This document shows, in pieces, positions 58,173 through 64,000 of a stretch of DNA of 64,000 nt. The notes beneath the pieces are model-generated. The model had not been told where the DNA came from. It did no database searches and saw nothing but the letters and a program-made list of their open reading frames with translations. The translations under genes and the position numbers were made by a program. This DNA comes from an uncultured Mycoplasmatota bacterium (GTDB lineage Bacteria > Bacillota_I > Bacilli_A > RF39 > UBA660), in contig CANOWY010000001.1 of NCBI GenBank assembly GCA_947571135.1, positions 3,604-67,603 on the forward strand, in the 5' to 3' direction. Numbering within the stretch: position 1 is the stretch's first letter; every line of letters starts with the position of its first letter.

Positions 58173-59061
58173 AATATTAATTCGTGGAATACGTGATGCA
58201 TTTAAAAGTGTAATTCGTAACTTTAGTTTATCAACGGCGGCCATTACTTGTAGTAGTATTACACTAGTATTAGTAGCAGTTGCTATGATTATTTCTTACA
58301 ACGTTAAAAATATCACTTCTGAGTTAGAACAGGAACTTACAATCGTTGTATATATGAAAGAAACAGGAACTGAAGAACACATAGAAGAAATGAAAAAAAA
58401 TTTAGATACTATGAAAGAGTCAGGAAATGTAGCAGACTACAAATATAAAAGTAAAGATGAATGGAAACTTGAAATGAAAACGTATTCAGACACATTTAAC
58501 ACAGCATTAGAGTTTTTAGAAACTAATCCTTTACTTGATTCATTTATGGTAACAGTAAAAGATGTATCGCACTTAAAAGAAACAACAGAAGAGATAAGAA
58601 AATATGAATCTGTTTCCAGTGCTGATTATGGAGAAGGTATGGCAGAAAATTTAGTAATTGCTTTTGATGTTATTGAGAAAGTTACGATTATTATTGTTCT
58701 TGCCTTGGTACTCGTTACGGCTTTCTTAATTGGAAACACCATTAAATTAACAATATTTTCTAGAAAAAATGAAATTGAAATTATGCGTTTAGTAGGTGCT
58801 AGTAATATTTCTATTCGTTTGCCTTTCCTATTTGAAGGATTATTTTTAGGAATATTAGGAAGTATTATACCAATATTAGTAACCATATACGGATATGTAT
58901 TACTATATGATCATTTTAATGGATACTTATTCACTCAAATTATTCAATTAGCAGAACCATTTAATTTCATTCTATATGTATCAGGATTATTGCTAATTAT
59001 TGGTGCTATTATCGGTATGCTTGGAAGTTATCGCGCAGTAAGGAAGTATTTGAAAATATGA
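58159..59061 (+). CDS. ftsX: Cell division permease FtsX
   Basis: NPLLDSF, NTIKLTIFSRKNEIEIMRLVGA, PFLFEG. Confidence 0.95.
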   Translation: MKAIRILIRGIRDAFKSVIRNFSLSTAAITCSSITLVLVAVAMIISYNVKNITSELEQELTIVVYMKETGTEEHIEEMKKNLDTMKESGNVADYKYKSKDEWKLEMKTYSDTFNTALEFLETNPLLDSFMVTVKDVSHLKETTEEIRKYESVSSADYGEGMAENLVIAFDVIEKVTIIIVLALVLVTAFLIGNTIKLTIFSRKNEIEIMRLVGASNISIRLPFLFEGLFLGILGSIIPILVTIYGYVLLYDHFNGYLFTQIIQLAEPFNFILYVSGLLLIIGAIIGMLGSYRAVRKYLKI

Positions 59062-60305
59062 TAAAAAGAATAATGAAAAAAACGTTTTCGATTTTAATGT
59101 TGTTTATTGTATTGTTTACTTATACAATAAGTCCAATTCCTGTAGATGCAGCAGAGATAAAAGATCCACAAACTTTAGGAGACTTACAACATAATTTACA
59201 AGAATTAAAAAACAAAAAAGCAGAAAATGACCGTAAGCAGCAAAGTGCTAAAGATGAAATTCAAAACAAAAAAAACGCGATTACAAAAGCCGAAGCCGAT
59301 ATTACCCAAGCCGAATCAGATATAGACGAAGCAGAACAAAGAATAATAGAATCAAATGAAAGAATAGAAGGACTAAAAGAACAAACCGAACAAATTTTAA
59401 AAGTATTGCAACAATTGCAAAATCAAAATGTCTATTTGGAATATGTATCGGATTCTTCCTCTATAACAGAACTTGTTATGCGTATTTCTGCTATAGAACA
59501 GATTACAGACTCAAATCAAAAAAATTTAAAAAATTTACAAAATCTAATAAAACAAAATGAACAATTAAAAGTAGAATTAGCAGAAAAACAAAAAAATTTA
59601 GAGCAAAAAATAGAGGATTATCAAAAAAAGATTGAAAGTTTATATGGGGACTTAGAGTCTTACGATAAATTTGAACTTGATATAGATACGCAAATAAAAT
59701 TATTAGAAGCCCAAGTCAAAGAATACGAACGATTAAGTATAGAAAAATACAACAAAATTGTACCTACTGCTCGATTAGATGAATTAGACAATGCTCCATA
59801 CAATGCAGGTTGGTTAAAACCTTTAAAGAAAGGTTCAGTTACAAGCCCAGAAGGATATAGAACACACCCTGTAACAGGAGTAAAATATAGTTTTCATAGT
59901 GGAATTGACATTGGAAAAAATGCTGAAGGGACACCTGTTTATGCAGCGGCTGCAGGAAAAGTTTCAGGAATAGTCAATCGATATAGTTGTGGAGGAAATA
60001 TGGTGTACGTAACAGTCACAGTAGGAGGAGTAAAATATACAACGTATTACTATCATTTACTCAGTATAAAAGTTAAGTTAAATCAAATTGTTACACAAGA
60101 CACTGTAATTGGTACAGTAGGAGGAGGTTCTACTGCTAAGAAAAATGGTGGATATGATAGTTGTACCACTGGTGCACATCTTCATTTTGGTGTAGCAAAA
60201 GGACATTATTCTGGAAGTATTCCAACATCTAAAGTAATTGTCCCTCCAGGATTTAATAACAAGAAAGGGTATAGTTGGTCAACAAGATCAGCCTTTTATG
60301 GATAA
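59058..60305 (+). CDS. Coiled-coil M23 peptidoglycan hydrolase, EnvC/CwlO-like FtsEX partner
   Basis: Signal peptide, long coiled coil, HSGIDI, YYHL, TTGAHLHF. Confidence 0.88.
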   Translation: MIKRIMKKTFSILMLFIVLFTYTISPIPVDAAEIKDPQTLGDLQHNLQELKNKKAENDRKQQSAKDEIQNKKNAITKAEADITQAESDIDEAEQRIIESNERIEGLKEQTEQILKVLQQLQNQNVYLEYVSDSSSITELVMRISAIEQITDSNQKNLKNLQNLIKQNEQLKVELAEKQKNLEQKIEDYQKKIESLYGDLESYDKFELDIDTQIKLLEAQVKEYERLSIEKYNKIVPTARLDELDNAPYNAGWLKPLKKGSVTSPEGYRTHPVTGVKYSFHSGIDIGKNAEGTPVYAAAAGKVSGIVNRYSCGGNMVYVTVTVGGVKYTTYYYHLLSIKVKLNQIVTQDTVIGTVGGGSTAKKNGGYDSCTTGAHLHFGVAKGHYSGSIPTSKVIVPPGFNNKKGYSWSTRSAFYG

Positions 60306-60445
60306 AAAAGTACCAATTTGGTTAAATTTGTATAAATTTACTAAATTGGTCTTTTCTTTTAGAAAAATATCTAAAAGATTTTATCTGATTTTTCTAAAAT
60401 TTCCCAAATTGGTGATTTGTATTTCTTTTAAGTTGTTTTATGGTG
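60304..60445 (+). repeat. Dispersed ~142-bp hairpin/promoter element, copy 3
   Basis: AAAAGTACCAATTT..TAAATTT-gtat-AAATTTA..AAATTGGTCTTTT; ends TTGTAT-16 bp-TATGGT. Confidence 0.82.
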
Positions 60446-60559
60446 ATACTAATTATTTTGATAATTCTTGTTGGTTGTAAAACTAGTTTTTGGTGAATTT
60501 GGGAAATAAAAAAGAACACTATACATAAAGGATAAATGGCTCGCTTAAATTAAGTTTAC

Positions 60560-60702
60560 GAGGTTGCTAAAAAATACCTCATATTCCTCCAATCACTATG
60601 GAACAAATTGTAGAGTGCACAGATTTATCCATAGAAGAAATAGAACAATTAAAATTAGTTAAAGAAACAATTTTAAGGTTTCCTTTCTTTTTGAAACAAT
60701 GA
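60560..60702 (+). pseudogene. Remnant of an Rpn-family C-terminal tail; small ORF 60598-60702
   Basis: EVAKKYL /frameshift/ IPPITMEQIVECTDLSIEEIEQLK matches the IAKxxL...EQI...TGLS.EEI..L tail typical of Firmicutes Rpn proteins. Confidence 0.6.
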
Positions 60703-60751
60703 CGTGATATAATAATTAATTATAAGTTAAACTTAGAAAGGAGCAATCAAT

Positions 60752-61675
60752 ATGACATTTTCCACTCGTTTAAAAGAAGAAATGACCGAATATAATAGTA
60801 ATCTAATTGAAAAAAGAGCAGAATTGTCTGCTATCCTAAGATACGATACTAAAATAGAAAAAGATAAAATTACCATTACTAGTGAAAATGCAAAAATTGC
60901 GCGTCGTATCTATACCTATTTAAAAGAGGTTTTTGGAATAAACATGAAAATAATAGTTCGTAATCAAAAAAGATTTCGCATAAAGCAAATTTATATTTTA
61001 GAAATTAAAGAAAAAGTATCCTATATTTTAGAATCTTTATATATCTATGAACATGGCAAGAAAATAAAAGCAAATGAAAACTATTTCGAAGCCGATGAAG
61101 AAAAAGTAGCGTATCTAAGAGGAACGCTTTTAACAACAGGCTCCATTAATGATCCTAGTACAAGTGGGTACCATTTAGAATTTGTTTTTCTAACAAAAAC
61201 AGATGCAGATTTTATAAAAAAAATGTTAAAAAGTATCAAAATGGAAGCAAAAGTTTTAAAAAGAGGAAACCGATATATGACCTATATTAAAAGCGCAGAA
61301 GTAATAAGCGATATAATTAAAATGTTTAATGCTGTAAATTCTCTTTTTTATTTTGAAGATATTCGAATTTATCGTGATCATAAAAATATGGTCAATCGTC
61401 TTAATAACTGTGAAATAGCCAATCAAGAAAAAACTACAAAAACAGGAATGCAACAAATAGAAAGTATTGAATACATAATGCAAAATAATTTAATGGAATT
61501 ATTAGATGAACATACGAAAATCGTTTTGGAATATCGTTATAAATATCCAGAATCTTCTTATTCTGAACTTGCAGATATTATTTCTCTAGAAACAGATTAT
61601 AAAATAGGAAAATCAGGAATTAATCATCACTTTATTAAAATGAAGAAATTAATAGAACAAACCAAAAAATTATAA
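60752..61675 (+). CDS. whiA: DNA-binding protein WhiA
   Basis: MTFS..LKEE, YLRG.LL..GSINDP, YHLEF, N..NRL.NC..AN.EKT, KSGINH. Confidence 0.94.
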   Translation: MTFSTRLKEEMTEYNSNLIEKRAELSAILRYDTKIEKDKITITSENAKIARRIYTYLKEVFGINMKIIVRNQKRFRIKQIYILEIKEKVSYILESLYIYEHGKKIKANENYFEADEEKVAYLRGTLLTTGSINDPSTSGYHLEFVFLTKTDADFIKKMLKSIKMEAKVLKRGNRYMTYIKSAEVISDIIKMFNAVNSLFYFEDIRIYRDHKNMVNRLNNCEIANQEKTTKTGMQQIESIEYIMQNNLMELLDEHTKIVLEYRYKYPESSYSELADIISLETDYKIGKSGINHHFIKMKKLIEQTKKL

Positions 61676-61898
61676 AATTTTTCCAATCTTTGACTTTGTA
61701 TTATCTTTCCAAAGTCATTCATTTTGATTGATTTTTTTCTTTTTTTAATCTCTATTAGCACAATATATCAATATATAGATATTTTCATCTTTTTATACCC
61801 TATACCTAATTTTTGAAACTAATAATCAACATATTTGATAGTTAATAATTTATTATCAAATCAAGAGAATTAGATTTTTTAATTATAGGAGGAAAATA

Positions 61899-62378
61899 AT
61901 GAAAAAGAAAGTAAATTGTAAAATTCTTGGTGTTATTGCAATTAGTTTTATACTATTATGGGCAAAAAGCGTATCTGCTGCGGAAACTACATTTAGAGCA
62001 ACAAATATTACTTATCAAAACGAAAAAGTTTGGGATGGAAAAGGAGAACCAAATGCAAGTGGTTCTGAATCAAATACATCAAGGTTATTTGGTGGAGGGA
62101 CTCCGCGTCTTTACTTATACCACGTAAAAACTTCCGCAACAGATCCTTGTCCAAATTGTAAGTTTTCAATTAGAACATATCTTGATGTTTTAGATAACGG
62201 ACTTTATGTTTATCCTCAAAAGTTTGTTACTTTTCAAATGGGGCAAACTAAAAATCTTGACACTGAAGCAGGAGTTGGGCAACCATGTATACACTATTTA
62301 GGAGGAAAGAGGACTGATTGGACACTTCAAGATTTAGGGGCTACTATTTTTGGATGGTTTGGTCTGGGGAACTATTAG
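61899..62378 (+). CDS. Secreted hypothetical protein
   Basis: Sec signal peptide ending SVSA|A; GGAGG RBS; CPNC motif. Confidence 0.65.
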   Translation: MKKKVNCKILGVIAISFILLWAKSVSAAETTFRATNITYQNEKVWDGKGEPNASGSESNTSRLFGGGTPRLYLYHVKTSATDPCPNCKFSIRTYLDVLDNGLYVYPQKFVTFQMGQTKNLDTEAGVGQPCIHYLGGKRTDWTLQDLGATIFGWFGLGNY

Positions 62379-62488
62379 TTTAAATTAAATTATATTAATT
62401 GTATTTAGAGATAAATTTTAATATTAAAATATAAAAATCTAATTTTCACTTTTTTAGATTATAATGTTAAAATATAGGCGGTGGTTAT

Positions 62489-63505
62489 ATGTCTAAGTGT
62501 AAAGCACTATTTAAAAGAAATTGGTTAATTCTATTGATATTGGCTACAGTGATGATACCTATCATAAAATATCATTTTACCTTCAAACAGTACTTAATAC
62601 AAGATGAATTTAAAAGTAATTTTTGCCAAATGGTGGTTCATGAAGACAATAATCTAGAAGATTACGAAAACTTTTGTGAAAATATATTAAAACAACCTAC
62701 TTTTAAAAATAATACTTATAGCAATGTTATGTGTCAAAAAATTATGCAACAAGGTGTAACACAAGAAGAAAAAACTTGGTGTGAAAAATTATTAACAGAA
62801 GAAAATAAAGAGCCGAAAACGGATTTTTATACTATGTTTTCTAATCTATTATTAGATAGTGTCCATAATTTTAATCCCTTATCTTTTCTATTTATCACTG
62901 TCCCTACTTTGGTAGGAATATGTAAAATATTAAAAAGGAAGCATATTATAAATGCTTTAACGCGAGAAAGTTATAAAAGTTTTTTAATTGATTTCTTTAA
63001 AAAAGCCTATAAATATTTTTGGGTACTACCATTTATTGCGCTTTTTATGATTGGACTTAGTATAGCAACAACTTCTTTTGATCATACTTATTCTTTAGTT
63101 CATAATAACAGCATTTGGGAATTGTCAACGATTCAAAACAGATACTTATTTATTATAGGGTATGTTAGTAATATAACACTTTATTCTATTTTCTTTATCA
63201 ATTTAGCATTAATAGTGGCTAGGAAATACCATAATACTTTTGTTGCTATAATTGTATCTTATTTATATTACATCGGTATTGAAATATTTTTTGAATTAAT
63301 TTTAAAAACTTTAATATATAGGGTATTTCACAGTGATATAGGACACATATTAAACATTATGAATTTATGGATTTATAGTGATTCTTATGGGTTAGGCGCG
63401 CTATTTACTTTTAGTATAACAATGACCATTCTTTCGTTTATAGGCGTTTATTTTGCCTATCGAAATAAAGAATCTTTCGTTTTATCTTGTGAAAAAAACA
63501 ATTAG
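62489..63505 (+). CDS. ABC transporter permease-like membrane protein
   Basis: N-terminal TM, Cys-containing extracellular domain, about five C-terminal TM helices; precedes an ABC ATPase. Confidence 0.65.
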   Translation: MSKCKALFKRNWLILLILATVMIPIIKYHFTFKQYLIQDEFKSNFCQMVVHEDNNLEDYENFCENILKQPTFKNNTYSNVMCQKIMQQGVTQEEKTWCEKLLTEENKEPKTDFYTMFSNLLLDSVHNFNPLSFLFITVPTLVGICKILKRKHIINALTRESYKSFLIDFFKKAYKYFWVLPFIALFMIGLSIATTSFDHTYSLVHNNSIWELSTIQNRYLFIIGYVSNITLYSIFFINLALIVARKYHNTFVAIIVSYLYYIGIEIFFELILKTLIYRVFHSDIGHILNIMNLWIYSDSYGLGALFTFSITMTILSFIGVYFAYRNKESFVLSCEKNN

Positions 63506-63513
63506 GAGGAATC

Positions 63514-64000
63514 ATGAAAATAGAAGTGAGAAATGTAAGTAAAGCATTTAAGAAAAATATTGTCTTAGAAGATGTAAATATAACATTTGAAGATGGATAT
63601 ATTTATGGTTTTAAAGGAAGAAATGGTAGTGGGAAAACTGTATTATTAAAAATAATATGTGGAATTTATAAAGCAACAAAAGGACAAGTTTTATATGATG
63701 AAAAAGAATATAATAAAGCAACAGAATATGTACCTGAAGTCCGTGCTTTAATTGAAAAGCCGTGCTTTTTTCCAGATTTAACAGGATTTGAAAATTTAAA
63801 ATTACTTGCCAAAATACAAAATAAAATAGGAGAGAAAGAAATTATTAATGCATTAGAAGAGGTAAACCTAATAGAAGAAAAGGATAAAAAATTTTCTAAA
63901 TATTCCTTGGGAATGAAGCAAAAATTAGGAATTGCGCAAGTTATAATGGAGAATCCTCATATTTTAATTTTAGATGAGCCTTTTAATGCTTTAGAAAAGG
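63514..64000 (+). CDS. ABC transporter ATP-binding protein, truncated by the window end
   Basis: Not in the ORF track. GGAGG RBS, GRNGSGKT, YSLGMKQK signature, ILDEPFN. Confidence 0.92.
   Translation, partial: MKIEVRNVSKAFKKNIVLEDVNITFEDGYIYGFKGRNGSGKTVLLKIICGIYKATKGQVLYDEKEYNKATEYVPEVRALIEKPCFFPDLTGFENLKLLAKIQNKIGEKEIINALEEVNLIEEKDKKFSKYSLGMKQKLGIAQVIMENPHILILDEPFNALEK

Noticed and set aside
2207-61483. Numerous short minus-strand ORFs antisense to housekeeping genes
   Set aside because: Shadow frames of AT-rich coding DNA, with no RBS or recognisable motifs.
1-64000. tRNA, rRNA, intact transposase, integrase or prophage
   Set aside because: None recognised; no intergenic region shows tRNA/rRNA hallmarks and no ORF has DDE or tyrosine/serine recombinase motifs.

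Overview
AT-rich chromosomal segment of a small-genome, walled, probably spore-forming member of the Bacilli. Gene order, murA/ftsEX and prfB fit an RF39/Erysipelotrichia-like gut lineage, but that placement is an inference. Most of the window is housekeeping genes in a reduced Bacillus-like order: argS-rpoE-prfA-prmC, spoIIR, murA, rpmE-rpiB, spoIID-spoIIQ-spoIIID, hpf-secA-prfB, tilS-ftsH, parAB, ychF, rpsF-ssb-rpsR, rplI-dnaB, walJ-rlmH-ung, gerQ, ftsEX and whiA. Accessory content: (1) A complete type II-A CRISPR-Cas system with a 1089-aa Cas9, a tracrRNA that has its own promoter and terminator, cas1-cas2-long csn2, and 15 repeats. The last repeat is fused, with no spacer-repeat unit, to a ~2-kb doubly truncated piece of a phage-type polyvalent-protein gene. 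(2) A convergent agrAC/agrBD quorum-sensing locus with an unannotated 39-aa AgrD that has no Cys in the ring position. (3) Three dispersed copies of a ~142-bp hairpin+promoter element, each followed by a decayed Rpn/PD-(D/E)XK-like gene. (4) Several orphan or decayed genes. Other oddities are an identical 34-aa GGQ segment in RF1 and RF2, a Rho_N-like domain fused to FtsH, and a possible degenerate Mbl after spoIIID. All assignments come from motif reading and synteny; no database searches were run.
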